Under the pieces are notes generated by a model. The model ran no database searches. It was not told the DNA's origin and worked only from the letters and a program-made list of their open reading frames with translations. A program made the position numbers and the translations under genes. A stretch of DNA of 64,000 nucleotides. Source: the human T2T-CHM13v2.0 reference genome, Homo sapiens. Each line of letters begins with the position of its first letter. Position 1 is the first letter of the stretch. Shown piece after piece: positions 13,491-28,939 of this stretch. The DNA is taken from assembly GCF_009914755.1 (NCBI RefSeq), contig NC_060928.1; one strand, written 5' to 3'.

Positions 13491-15251
13491 TAGAAAAGTT
13501 CAATGTTTCTTCTTAGAGTAATTTTTGCAAGATATTCTTAAAATAATAATGATTTCCATATAGGTTGAAATATAGTAATTGAGATTGAAATGAATCTACC
13601 TCGACAGAGTTTATACACTAGTGAAAGAAAACTGATTAAATAAAACATTTGGGAATTAGAAAAAATATTCTACAGTTGACACACAGTGTGGCATTTTGTC
13701 ACTCTAAGATGCCATCAGTTATAAGATACATCATTATTTTATGTAACTTACTGAAGAAATATGCTGAGAAAATGGTGCTGAGAAATCACCAACTACAGGA
13801 GACATTCTGACCTGACAAATTTAAAATATGAAAAAAAATTATCCTAGATATAGGAGAAAATTTTGTTGTTTAGGAGATAGGGAAATGATTTATTCTGTTT
13901 TGTAACACTAAAGCTTTATATAATGTATTGGGGTATTGTTTTATGACTAGAACATAAAAACATGATCAAATATATTTAAAAAAATGAAAAAGGTGAAGTG
14001 CTCAGTTAAAAGCTGACTGGTATCTTCTGTGTGGCACTAGAGAATCTATATTAATAACTGCTTCTCCTATAGCTGTTTCTGCATTTATAGTCCAGAATTG
14101 GTTTCCACTTAAGAGTGGTTAGGGAAAAAAATAAAAAAGTTCTAAGCTAGCTTTCATTGAAAATGAAGATCTCAGGCTTAGCGGCATTCTGAAAAGAGGT
14201 CTGCGTTTTAAAATAATAATCAGGAAATGAGGTACCCTCTTTTAAGCAGCAGCAGCATATCCAGATTTGAGGTAAATTCAATACATTCATGATGTTATGT
14301 ACTGTAAAGGAAATTTTTGTAGGCATCATTTCTCTAAATGACACTTTTCAAGAAGGGTTATAAATTTTTTAATGTGATTTTTATGGTGGTTTATAAAATT
14401 TCATAAAATCATAGAACTTTATAAATGGAAAAGTTCTTAGAAGTCATCTAGTACAACCTTTTATTTTTCAGAAGAAACATGTAATTCTTTTGTGGCCTAG
14501 ACAAGACTAGAACTCATGTCTTCTGATTTAATGCTCTTTGAACTATACTACTGCTGTTTCATATATTATCAGGATTTAGGATAGAAAAAGTACATTTATT
14601 TCAGGGTAAAAATTCTCATGTATCTAAATATTTATGAAGAATTTTTTTATGTTTTAAGAAACTCTAGTAGTCACAACTTAGATATTTTTAGCCACTATTA
14701 TTTTTATGTCCATTTTGAAAGTTACTAAAATCAATGGCATTTTTCTGGTAAACAGTTTTTTCCAATTTATACTTAATTGCCTCACATATAACATAGTTTC
14801 ATATTGGTAAATTTTAAATAGTAAACAGTAAACAAATGCTGAGGAAAACAAAGCAAGAGACGAAATGGAAAATGTGTAACAGATTTTCTCTTATAATAGT
14901 TTTATGTGGTATGAGAGTTCTATGAGTTTTTTTATTTGTGTTTTGTCTATAAGTTGTAACTAAGTACTATAGCATAATTTTTCAAAGGCATGAGATGAGT
15001 TTCCTTAGAGAGATGGCCTGTTGCAGCATTTTACTAGGAACTGGGAATTCTTTGTTATGTGTAGGACACATAGATTTCTTGCTGTAGCTATCTCACCTTT
15101 AAAATCAAAGTTTGCTTACATTTTACGTGTACCATGAAAATTATCATAAGTAATGCTTTAACTCAGAGCAGTATATGTTGGCTAGCCTTCTTTTTTGGGG
15201 TTTCTTACAAGCCAATTTTGACTGTGGGTGTGTGAGATTTTAAGAAAATGA

Positions 15252-15578
<327 letters not shown>

Positions 15579-15794
15579 CTACCATTTGGGACTTGTTATG
15601 ATATTTAAAATGTATACTAGGAAAAAATATTTTAAAATTAAAAATGAGTATATAAGATGCTGGTATATAATTTGGGTAGGGCATTTTATTTTATTGGAGG
15701 AGTTAGGAAATTCATGTATTCTGTGAAAATTTTTAGTACTGGAAAATAGAATCAGTATAATAATTACCATAATGGGAGTGAAGTTTCTTAAAGA

Positions 15795-15965
15795 TAGGGG
15801 TAAGCACATTTTTTTTCTGAAACAGTTCAGTTAGTAAATGTAGTCTCTGTTACTGCTATTCATCTCTGTTGCTATAGTACAAAAGCAGCATGGAAAATAT
15901 ATAATCAAATGCGAAAACAATTGGTTGGTCAGATTTGGTCTGTGCCTATAGTTTGCCTACCCCAG
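15795..15965. mobile_element. MER58A-like hAT MITE
   Basis: tagggg...tagtttgcctaccccag termini, aaaagcagc core. Confidence 0.6.
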
Positions 15966-18390
15966 TTTTAAGATACCGTAATATCCCTTTGATCTGTGGT
16001 CGTATATGTCTTTTGAATAGCAATAATTTGGAAAGGGGGCTTGACTTTTGAAAGGAAAAGAAAGTTAATGCTTTGGGAATGTCTGGCTTATATATTAGCT
16101 GTACATTTTCCCCTATTGTGTTGCCTATGTCTAGCAGATAATAAAGTCTTATGAAATCATTTCATTATGTTAGTGATTAAGCATTTGTATTTAAACTTTT
16201 TCATAGAGTTGTTTTTGATTTCCTAGGATGTCAGTTTTATGGTTTTTGTTTCCTACTGAAGCTTTGAAAGTCAGCCAAGAATATTTCTCAGTTCATAAAA
16301 CATTTTCACTATGCTTTTCTCCAGCTAGCTTTCAATGATCTGTGGAAATAAAGAGCAAAGGCCGTATGGGTAATAGGAATGCAAAGAATTATTGTCACCT
16401 AATCTTCAGCATTAATTACAGCCACTGTTTCATCCTACAACAAAGAGCAAATTGGAAAAGTTTGAGTTTCACTGCCTTTTATTTAGAAGTACCTGATTGG
16501 AGGTGTCAATAAAACATTTCTAAATATGAATATTTTATTAAGAGTAATCAAATAGCTCCACATAGATGCTACATAATAACAGCATAGAATCACAATTTTA
16601 TTAAAATTCAAAAGACTTATGTATATATTACCTAAATTTGCTCCCTCATTCATACCTGCCAACAAGAATGAAATCTTCAAGGAAGTGAAAATGTCTTCAT
16701 TCTCTTACCTCAGATGTCCACCACAGTGCCTAGCAAAGATGCACACAGATAGTTTTTTGAATAAGGGAATAGAAACTCAGAGAAACTAGAGATTATGATC
16801 ACTCCACTGGTTATTCAGAGTTCGACTTAGTGCCACGTGTGAACAAATTTTCTTTTAAAATTTGAGACTTGTAAAATTTAAACTGAGACTCTTACATAAT
16901 TTTATCTCCTGCATTAATGTTTATAGAAGCATCATCATCTTCATGGTAAAGAATCATTGGTAAGCTTTGGAATAATTTACCTCTCAAAGAACTCCAAAAA
17001 GAATTACTGAAGTGCTAAGCCGTGCTAAAAACATTTAATGGTTTTTGAACACAATAAATTTAAAAGTGGGTTCGACTCACAAAACTTTGTCAGTGTGCCA
17101 AGTATACAGAAATGATAGATATTCTTTTTAATATAGCTGTTAGCAGCCGTAATTAAAGGCCAACAAAGGATAGCAGCAGTGATGAGCATTATCCATTTTA
17201 GGCCAGTGAGAACACATTTTGAAAAAGACTGCTGCCATCCATGATATATTAATTAATTTGTAGAAAGGTCTCCATGTTACTCTCTGCACAAAAGGCCATT
17301 CAGTCACACTTATTTTATTGTAGGGTAATTTAACAGTCTTTTTTTGCGTAAACAAGCACCTAAGTCAGTAGGTTCCAAATCCTGTGTTTCTACAACCATA
17401 CTTAGAGCATATAAATGATGATCCTGTATTATCAAGGACAAATGCTGTATAGAATCCTGTGGCACCCTCTTCCCAAACAAAAGCTGAGTTGACTGGGAAT
17501 ACACAAAGAAGGAGTGTAGGTAGAAAAAAACAGATGAAGAGAACTTTTGGTATAGATTCAAGAAACCAAAGAAATACGGATTTTCTTTTTGTTGGCCTAT
17601 TTCCTGAGCCAAGCATTTCTGCATCTGAGCACAGAATCTTACAGTATGTTGTTAAAAATATTTTGTCTATTTTAGAAGGATTTACTTAAATTTATTTTTA
17701 ATTATAAAAATATCCGAAAAGTATAAACATATTCTTATCTGGAAATTTTAGCTATGTAAAATAAATAACTACTTGAGGAATTTGAGAAGCTAAGCAATTA
17801 CTACATTTGAACAACTAAAACAGTTAAGACTGTTAAGACTAAAACGTAAAGTACTCTAATTACCAATGTCTTAACAATCTCCTAGTAATACAGCAACAAA
17901 ATCTCTATTAGGAGTGTATTAAAGGCTGACTGTTCTGGGCATGCCTCATAGTTATGAAGGATTTCAGAGGAGCAGTTCTGATCTTAGTATTCGCTTGGTG
18001 GTTTTCATGGCAAAATTTAAGGAAATTTGATACTTTGAACCATATTGTAAGTAAGGCTAAGTAAGGAACTGACTGTTAATCTGGATGCATCTGTTGACCT
18101 ATGCTGTTTGAAGCTTCTGAAAATCTTCTACCAGACATCACATTCTTGCTCTTTTCAGCAAATATTTATGTATCACACACCCGTTAGTTTAATTTATAAC
18201 TTTAAAAGATTTAAAAGGTATCTTCATTATGCCAATTATAGTGCTGACACTTACAATGACTAAAAATTAATATTTAATTAATTTTTATAATTATAATTAT
18301 TATAATGCCCCAAACTGCTATCTAGTGACATTTTCTTTGTGCTAAGTACTGTGCTAGATCCTTTATATGTTTTATTTAATTTTGAGGAAG

Positions 18391-18745
18391 TGTCTTAGTC
18401 CCCTTGGGCTGTTATAACAGCATAATTTAGTCTGAGTGGCTTAGAAACAAAAGTTTGTTAGTTCTGGAGGTTGTGAACTCCAAGATCAAGGTGCTGTCAT
18501 ATTTGATATCTGGTGAGGGCTGCTTCCTTCTTTATAGAATGCCATCTTCTCACTGTGTCCTCACGTAGTGAAAGGGGCAAAGGAGCAGTCTGGGGGCTTT
18601 CTTACAAGGATACTAATTCCATACATGAGGGCTCCACCTTCATGACCTAATTACCTCCTAGATATCCACCTTCAGATACCATCACTTTGGGGGTTAGATT
18701 TCAACATATGCATTTTGGGAAGAGGCAAATATTCAATCACCAGGC
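18391..18745 (-). mobile_element. MLT1A-type MaLR solo LTR nested in a MIR
   Basis: tgtcttagtc...caagatcaaggtgctg...catgacctaattacctcc. Confidence 0.8.
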
Positions 18746-19213
18746 AAGTATGATCCTTCGCATGTTTTGACTGAGAAAACTGAGCCTCACAGACAACAAA
18801 CAAGGTGAAAAGTTGCCGTTTGAACCCAAGCATATTAAATATCAAAGTCCTTTCCCAAATTCAAAGCAACCTTCCCAATGAGTACTAGTCAATGAAGGTT
18901 TATTGGTTTTCTTTGGGTTGTTGTTTCTTACGATTACTATAGATTTTTATTTTTTATTTTACTATTTCTAGATCTGTGATATTAGGAAAATGGCACACGT
19001 TTAAAAGCATTTAATCTGCTTAAATTTCTAGGTAGTTGGCTGTCAGAAAGTAAGTTTGAACTGACATATTAATTTTCCTTATTATTTCTTGTGTTGGATT
19101 ATGTTTATGATATCAGTGCCTGCAGGTTCAGGATTGGGAAACAATTCTTTTCAAAAAATTGCTTTTGTCAGGTGGTAAATTGAACTGTGAGTTTAAGAAT
19201 CACTTGTTTCTCG

Positions 19214-19517
<304 letters not shown>

Positions 19518-20944
19518 TCACTTGTTTCTCTTATTCTGTGTTTGAATCAAAACTATACAAATGTAATGAATATTGTCTGTGTTAGTGTGGAATTTTTACT
19601 GGGAAATCATGGCAAGATGGAAAAATACATGCTTTTATGTCACTCTCTATGTTAACAGTTTATACAAATCTGCAGTTACATAGAGCACATGCAGCTTATA
19701 CATCTGTATAATAGCTGACAAAGGTAACTTGTGTGTCTTTCTGCATTTATAGGATATCTTATTAATCTAAAATAGGTTCCTGCTGAATGTTGATCATAAT
19801 CTAAAATCTAGTTTATCATGTAGGTGATAAGCTAGATTACTCAAGACATTATTGATTTTGGACATTTATCAAATGGTTTTTGCTTTCATATTTTTCAAGT
19901 TTTGTTGATTATTCATTGTTAAATATTTCTTCAGTACAGCTTCCTTTCAACTGTAATAAATAAGGAACTTTTATTTTTCTTCTGGAGTACTGATTAAAAG
20001 ATGGCTGTAGTAGATATTTCAGCTTTACCATGGCACATTGGTGTATTTGGCTTACAAAATTTTTAAAAATTATTTATGATGGAATGAGTATAGGCTCTGG
20101 AATCAAGTAAATGTGCTTTTAAATCCCAACTCTTTTATTTGCTAGTTGTGGAATCTTAAGCCATTCAACCTTTCTGTCTCAGTTTTTTAATGGCCCTCAC
20201 AGCAGTATTTACCTCACAGCACTATTATTGGGATTACTTAACTAATACCTGTAATGCATGACACAGAGCAACTTACACATGTGTCAACTCTTATTAATAC
20301 AGTGTCTGGGAAGTAGGTATTCAATGAACAATAGATAATCTTCATAATTACTTAATTTCGCCTCACAGCACTGTGTGGGAAGTCAGAATTCTCCATTTTC
20401 AAGGCTAGAAGTGAGGCACAGGTAAACTTCCTGGTGTAAACATAATTATATACTGAGCTTTAGTAATGCTGTAAACAAATGGTTTATCAGAAACAAGGAG
20501 GTTTAATTTTGTTTATGGGAATCAGAGATCTTTTGAGGAGATTATTTTTAAAACAGCCCAAAAAAGTGAGCAAGAAACCTTAAGAAATCCTTGATGTTGT
20601 TAGACTCTTTAAATATTTGTCAAAATGTAATTGCCAGCTGTATAACATAGCTGGAATTTTAAACATCCATAATTTCCCATAATTTTAAACACTAGGGAAA
20701 AATGCAGTATGTGCAACACAATATAATTTTGCTTTTCTCTAGAGTTGTTTTTCAAGAAGTCCAGTCTAACATGGATTTCTTTAGTTCAAGAGTTTTGTGA
20801 TATTGGAAATGATTTATTCAAAATGCATTTGTTTATGGAAGAACAAACTTCTTTCCTAGGGATAGAGATTGTATTCTATAGGTAAATTTATTACTGTAAT
20901 ATTAACCTGTTTTATTTGGAGTGATATGTAATGTTTGTGTTCAC

Positions 20945-21150
20945 ATTTTTTAATTGACAAAAATTGTGTGTACAATGTGATGTTTTGCTATATGTATACA
21001 CATAAAATGATAACATAAAGCTACCTGACGTATCTGGCACCTCACATATTTGACACTTTTTGTGTGATGAGGACATTTAAAATCTACTGTCTTAGCATTT
21101 TCAAATATGTAATACATTATTATTAATTATCATAACCATGCTGTATATCA
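20945..21150 (-). mobile_element. L1MA 3'-end fragment
   Basis: ttttaattgacaaaaattg...gaggacatttaaaatctac..cttagc, typical of the L1MA 3'UTR. Confidence 0.65.
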
Positions 21151-22111
21151 AACTTTTTAAGATGTTTAAAACATGAATTCCTATTCTTTTTTTTTTTAAA
21201 CTGAAAAAAAATATGGTTACCTTCTCCGGCCTATCTCCTTTTCTTTCTTCTTTCACTTAAGGAAATGATGTTAAAACATTTTAGTTTTTTTCATAACTTA
21301 TAAATTGTATCTTTATTACAGATTTTTACTTTTTGAAACAGTAAAAATCATTGACAAAAATGATGTTTTTAAAATAATTTTATTCTTCATGAATTATAAC
21401 TTGTTTTATTTGTATACATGCTTAAAATTCTTAAAAATATAAATTTGTCTCTTTTTCTATTTTTACAAAATATCAAGGAACTAGAATAATGTTATCATCT
21501 TCAAGGTATTTATGCGGTGAAAATGTAATTCATACTCCTCCCAAACTTTGCTATGGAGAGGGGGAGTATTTTTAGAAAGAATCTCTTTTTATGTGTTTGT
21601 TCCTGTCCAAACTTATTTTCTCTCAGGTGGTTGTACTCATTACTACTTCTTTGTCAAAGAAAACTGACTCTTTCTCAAGTATATAGGTTTCTTAATCTTA
21701 GTAATTTATTTTGAAAGAAGTTCACGTCGGATTTGTCAGGTCAACTAAAGAAAAGGAAAGGCAAAACAGAATCTAAAACATTTAGATGTATTGTTGACAT
21801 TTTTAATGAGTGAGCATTTACAGGTGTGTATGCAAACAAGTAGTACCATAACATTTACAGTTTCTGTTTCTAGGATAATTCATATTTAGGACTCAGAAAT
21901 GCCCTGTTTGTACCTGTTTTAATATTAGTCACTGATTGCAGAAGTTATTTTGCATAGATGACTTTTGGAATAAATCTTAAATGTAAATGGTGGTCACAGA
22001 CAGTTATCTTTAGTTAGAAGTAATTTTATTGCCTTCAACATTTCAGAGTTTTGAGTCCATTCTTGATCTCTTTGATTTCTTTCAATAGTTTTGGGACATT
22101 CTCAGATAGTA

Positions 22112-22379
22112 TTTTTTTTTTTTTTTTTTTTTTTTTGAGGCAGAGTCTCGCTCTGTTGCCCAGGCTGGAGTGCAGTGGCACGAACTTGGCTCACTGCAGC
22201 CTCCACCTCCCAGGTTCAAGCAATTCACCCTGCCTCTGCCTCCTGAATAGCTGGGATTACAGGCGCACGCCACCATGCCTGGCTAATTTTCGTATTTTTT
22301 AATAGAGACAGAGTTTCAGCTGTTGGCCAGGCTGGTCTTGAACTCCTGACCTCAGGTGATCCATCCATCTTGGCCTTCC
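22112..22379 (-). mobile_element. AluS, 5'-truncated, within an old L1 ORF1-like fragment
   Basis: Poly-T tail followed by Alu antisense body. Confidence 0.85.
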
Positions 22380-22839
22380 ATTCTCATAAGGGGACTCTAT
22401 ACTTTTTTTTTAGGCCTTTCCACTGGATTACATATGTCTTTTGCACTCTATTCTGTTTCCATTCTTTTTTTTTTTTTTTTGTCACTTTGTGTATTCATTT
22501 GGATGCTTTCTAGTAACCAGTCTTCCATTTTAAGAATCCTCTGTTCTGTTTTCACTAATCTCCCATTAAGACTATCTTTTGAGTTCTTAATTTTTATTAT
22601 AGTTTTTAGGTTTAGGATTTCCCTTTGATGGTTTTCTAATGGATTCCAAGTCCCTGGTGAAATTCAACTTTTTAAAAATTTTGCTGTAGTTCATGTGGAT
22701 TTTTGTTTTTACTATATTAGCACTATCTCTTGCCAGATTGTATTTTAACTTGTTTCACAGATTGTAATTCACTAGGATCTCTCCTCTTCTTAAGAGAAAA
22801 TTAAAAGGGAGATGGGATTAAAGCCAAATGATACTCTAG

Positions 22840-23265
<426 letters not shown>

Positions 23266-23345
23266 TGTTTTATCACTTTATAATCATTATTTTTACTGTA
23301 GCTTACTTAATGCCTTGTGTTGAGTTGAGCGTCTAAAGCAATTAG

Positions 23346-23590
<245 letters not shown>

Positions 23591-23697
23591 ATTTACCCAT
23601 TCTTAAATTAACTAGATGAGTACATGTTAATAGAAAGGGATAGTGTGTCAGTGAGCTGTGAGCACTTAAAAAATGGCATTAGAAAGCTCCCTGAACT

Positions 23698-24296
<599 letters not shown>

Positions 24297-25067
24297 AGGC
24301 TGCATGAAAAGTTTTTTTTTTCCTTACCTGTGATTTAAAACAAATTCAAAATAAAAAACAGTTATACAGTTTTAGTTTTTCCTTATTTTCTGATGAGTTC
24401 TCATGTAAAAACTGCTTATAATAAAGCTTAGATATGATATTCTTTTAACTTAGTTATCTGTTGATGTGTACAGTTATTTATGTTTGCAACATTCATCCTA
24501 GGGTTTAAGATATAAAATTATTTTTTAATTATATGATGAAAATTTATGTACATTTTGATTGCCTTTATTTTTATTTTTATTTGTTTTTTTTAGAGATGGG
24601 GTGAGTCAGTCTCTTAGCCTTTTTTTGGGGGGTGGGGGGTGATAAACAAGTAAACATAGAAGAGATTACCAGTCAGTATATATTCAGTGACATTTTATGT
24701 CTTGGGTTAGGGATTTTTTTCCCCTCTTAAAGGAGACTTTTTGCTTTTGACCCCCAAAAGAAATCAGTGTAGAAATAAAGATAACTGCAACACTGTCTTT
24801 AGCCTTATTTTGAACTCAGACCTATCTACTGAGTACTATCTACTATCTACTGAGCTCAGGTCTATCTTCAGAATACTCCCATCTAGATGTTTCAGAAGTA
24901 CCACAGATTTATACTTGTTTTCTCTTTGGTGCAGTTGTTATTCTACCCAAGATCATTTTGGGGAAACTCAAGCCCTGTGCTGTGTGTGTGTGTGTGGTGG
25001 TGGTGGGGCGGGGGGGTTGTGTGGTGTGTGCATGTGTGTAAGTGAAATTTTTTTTTCCTGTTGTTGT

Positions 25068-25365
25068 TTTTTTTTTTTTTTTTTGAGACAGAGTCTCACT
25101 TTGTTGCCCAGGCTGGAGTGCAGTGGCGCGATCTCAGCTCACTGCAAGCTCCGCCTCCTGGGTTCACACCATTGTCTTGCCTCAGCCTCCTGGGTAGCTA
25201 GGGCTACAGGCGTATGCCACCACGCCTGGCTAATTTTTTGTATTTTTAGTAGAGATGGGGTTTCACCATGTTGGCCAGGATGGTCTCGATCTCCTGACCT
25301 CGTGATCTGCCTGCCTCGGCCTCCCAAAGTGCTGGGATTACAGGTGTGAGCCACCGTGCCTGGCC
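25068..25365 (-). mobile_element. AluY/Sc-like
   Basis: actgcaagctccgcc, ggatggtctcgatc. Confidence 0.88.
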
Positions 25366-25414
25366 CCTTTTTTTCCTATCTTAAAACCACTTACTGGCTC
25401 TGTTACCTGCATGA

Positions 25415-25987
25415 TGTCTAAGTCAAGAACTGTGAAAGATCTGGGGTTTTCTACTTGCAGGCTAACAAGTAGCCTTCCACAGTTGCATGGATACTGGCAG
25501 AAACCATGAGGCTCATGGGTCAGAAACGAATGACTTCATTATTCACAGCACAGCAAGCAGCAAGAATATCTGTATGTTTGTATCAGTTCCTCCTTTACAC
25601 TGCATCCAAAAGAGGTGATGCATATGGGCCATATGGATATCTGCACATCTGGTAGGTTGCATTACAGGACAGGAATCCCACTCTTGGTTAACTCAGATCT
25701 TTTATCTTGGGCAGTAAGCTTGCCTGCCCTTTGCCCCTGAGGGAGGTAGATGAATTGTGTAGCTTCTGAAGCTCTAACCAAACCTACTCTTTGCTCTGGA
25801 GGGGGACGTTGTTTCTTGTTTTTGTTCTTCACCATTTTAAGTGTACAATTCAGTGGTACTTCAGTATGTTTACAATATTATGCAGCCATCACCACTAATT
25901 CCAGAACATTTCCATCACCCCAGTTAGTGCCTTGCTCATAAGACTGAAGAAATGTGAAAGACCCGTGGAGAATTGTCTCCCAAAACA
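25415..25987. mobile_element. ERVL-class LTR (LTR52/LTR53-like) containing a short L1MB 3' fragment at ~25825-25922
   Basis: gaactgtgaaagatctg..ctacttgcaggctaacaag..ggcagaa block recalled from ERVL LTRs; subfamily uncertain. Confidence 0.5.
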
Positions 25988-27682
25988 CACATTATTTGTA
26001 AGAGAAAATCATATCTTACACAGATTATATTAATGGCAAAGTAGCATGGGAGAGGGTCACAGAAGTGGGTTGGACGATTCCGTTAAAAGCAGGGAACATT
26101 CTAGTTAAGGCACTTGGATAGGCATTGGGTGAGAGTTTTCATGTCTTTTCTGCTAGATTGTTCCTGTTTTTTTTCTCTATGTGCACCTGATTTTATGCTT
26201 TTTTTCATCTAGCACATTATCTTTAATATATTTGACATTGAACATTTGTTTGTTAAACCACCAAAAAGTTTCAAACAAGAGAAATCTGTTTTGACTGTTG
26301 GAAGGCAGAGACAGCACAAGATTAGCCTGTTCTGCTGAAGTCATAGTTCAACCTTAATGAACGTCAAGGAATAAAAGACTGTACATATGAGGTGTGTAGT
26401 ATTAGCGTGTTTGTGAAATCATATACCCAGTAGAACAAAACACTGATTTTGCTGCTTTTGAATGTGCACATATTATTTTTGTGCATTAATAATAGCTAGT
26501 CAGTGTTTGGAACTGAGACTTTTGTCTAGAATTGTATAGAGGTAAAGAGCATGGATTTACGTAGGCTTAGTAGAAGAACTAATTTTAAAATAAATGGTCA
26601 CATCATAAGACCTAAGTCAGGTTATCAATAAATATTTATAAGTGTCTGTAACTTGCAAGGCCATGTCAGGTAATGTTCAGCAGTCCCCAACTTCAATCTA
26701 GAATGGAGATGGCTACCAAAAAGTATCTTTGGATTCCTAGGACCCACAGAGATTGACTCAGTGGGTTTGATTGTTACCCTGGATTCATGGGTAACACTAA
26801 ATGGTTACCCATGGGTAATCTAAAGCACAGCTAGATTTCTGAACCTTTATTTCAGGATAGCTGAAAAACATAGAGATGAGACATTAAAGCCCCCAGTCCT
26901 CTAACAGCTACCTCCGACCAGTTCTTTGTTTAGCATAAGGATTACCTTCACCTAGGAACTTTTTGAAGTGTCCAGTGCCCTCCTTTGTGCTCTGATTTTC
27001 TTCTGTTTTGCATTGTTTGAGAAGTTATGTTGTTATTACTGTTTTTATGAGGGGAATGGTGTTAGGAATGAGGGGTTCTCTTTCTATAACACTCCTTGAG
27101 GGAATAGGGACAGTCTTCTTTAATCTTCTCATTTCTGTTTCCTAAAGTAGTGCCTGCCAGCTAGTGTTTATTGAACAAATAAATTGAATTGAATGAATTG
27201 TTATACATTCTAATGAAATTATTCCCCTTATTTTTCTTCCAGTCTTCCTCCTGCCATGCCACAATGATCTTTGCCTAACATGAGATAAAACTTACTTAGC
27301 TATTTTTTTACTGCTTGGTAAACTCAAGTAATACATTCACACTTTCCAGTAAGACACTTGGCCATCTTACTAATTCATTGGGAGAAATAGAGAGCATATA
27401 TATAACTAAGGATAGGATCTGACATTATTTGGATGTAGCTCCTGTTAGAAGGCAAAGCAAGCAATAACATGCATAAATTAGATGTGGCATGGCCCAGGAT
27501 TTTGTCTTTTGATGAAAGTAGGCCATTCCTTTGGAACTGTTTAGTTATGTTCCATGAACTCCTCTAGGTAGGGCACAAAAATTAGAAGAATTCTGTTTTA
27601 TCTAGTAGTGTAGTCAGGTTAACATTTTTTTGTTGATGTGTAACCCTCGCCAATGCTAGGAGTATAACCTTCCTATTGATAA

Positions 27683-28068
<386 letters not shown>

Positions 28069-28127
28069 AACTCCAACCTTCTTGATACACTATCCCCTTT
28101 ATTCCTTGGTTTCCTTTCTTCTTCTCT

Positions 28128-28502
28128 GATACCCGTAAAATTCATATATTGAAGCCCTAACCCCGAATGTGATGGTATTTAGCGATGAAGCCTTTGGGAG
28201 ATAATTAGGTTTAGATGAAGTCGTAAGGTTAGTTCCCACATGATGGGATTAGTGCCTTTATAACAGGAGATAGCAGAGAGCTAGCGCTCTCTCAAGTTTG
28301 TGCTCTCACTCTCTCTCTGCCATCTGAGGACACAGCGAGACCGCAGCCACCTGCAAGCCAATAAGAGAACTCTTGCTGGAACTTGCCCATTCTGGCATGC
28401 TGACCTTGGACTTCCATCTACCAGAATGTGAGAAAATAATTTCTGTTGTTTAAACTACTGAATTTATGTTATTTTGCTCTGGCAGCCCCATCTGATTACT
28501 GC
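28128..28502 (+). mobile_element. MLT1A0-like LTR nested in L2
   Basis: aaattcatatattgaagccctaacccc..gatgggattagtgcc..gttgtttaa. Confidence 0.8.
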
Positions 28503-28939
28503 ACACCCCTTCTCCTTTGCAAATTCCCCTATCACTTCCTGTACCTAAAATACTGGTGTTAGCATTCTCTTCATTATGCATTTACCTTTCTTCTAACTAT
28601 GTATTTTTTCTCGGTGATCTATTTCCATTCTCCAGGTACCATCTTTATGACAAGGACTGGTAAAATTTGTATTTCCATTTTGTACCTCTTTCTAACTCTA
28701 AATATCTAAATCTCCAGTTGTCCCACAGGACAACCCACCATGTTTACAGTTAAAGTTTTTTTCATCCGGTGACTCCATGGAGACATTAGTTTATCAGCCC
28801 TATTGATTGTATTTCCTTAATATTTCTCACATATATCCACTTCTGTCTCTTTTGCCATGATTTTAATTCAGACAGCTAACTATCCGTCCTGGATCGCTCC
28901 AACATTTTTCTAATTGACTGACATCAATAATACTCTTAA

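Noticed and set aside
24741-25349. 202-aa ORF
   Set aside because: It runs through a microsatellite and an antisense Alu, giving a typical Alu-frame peptide.
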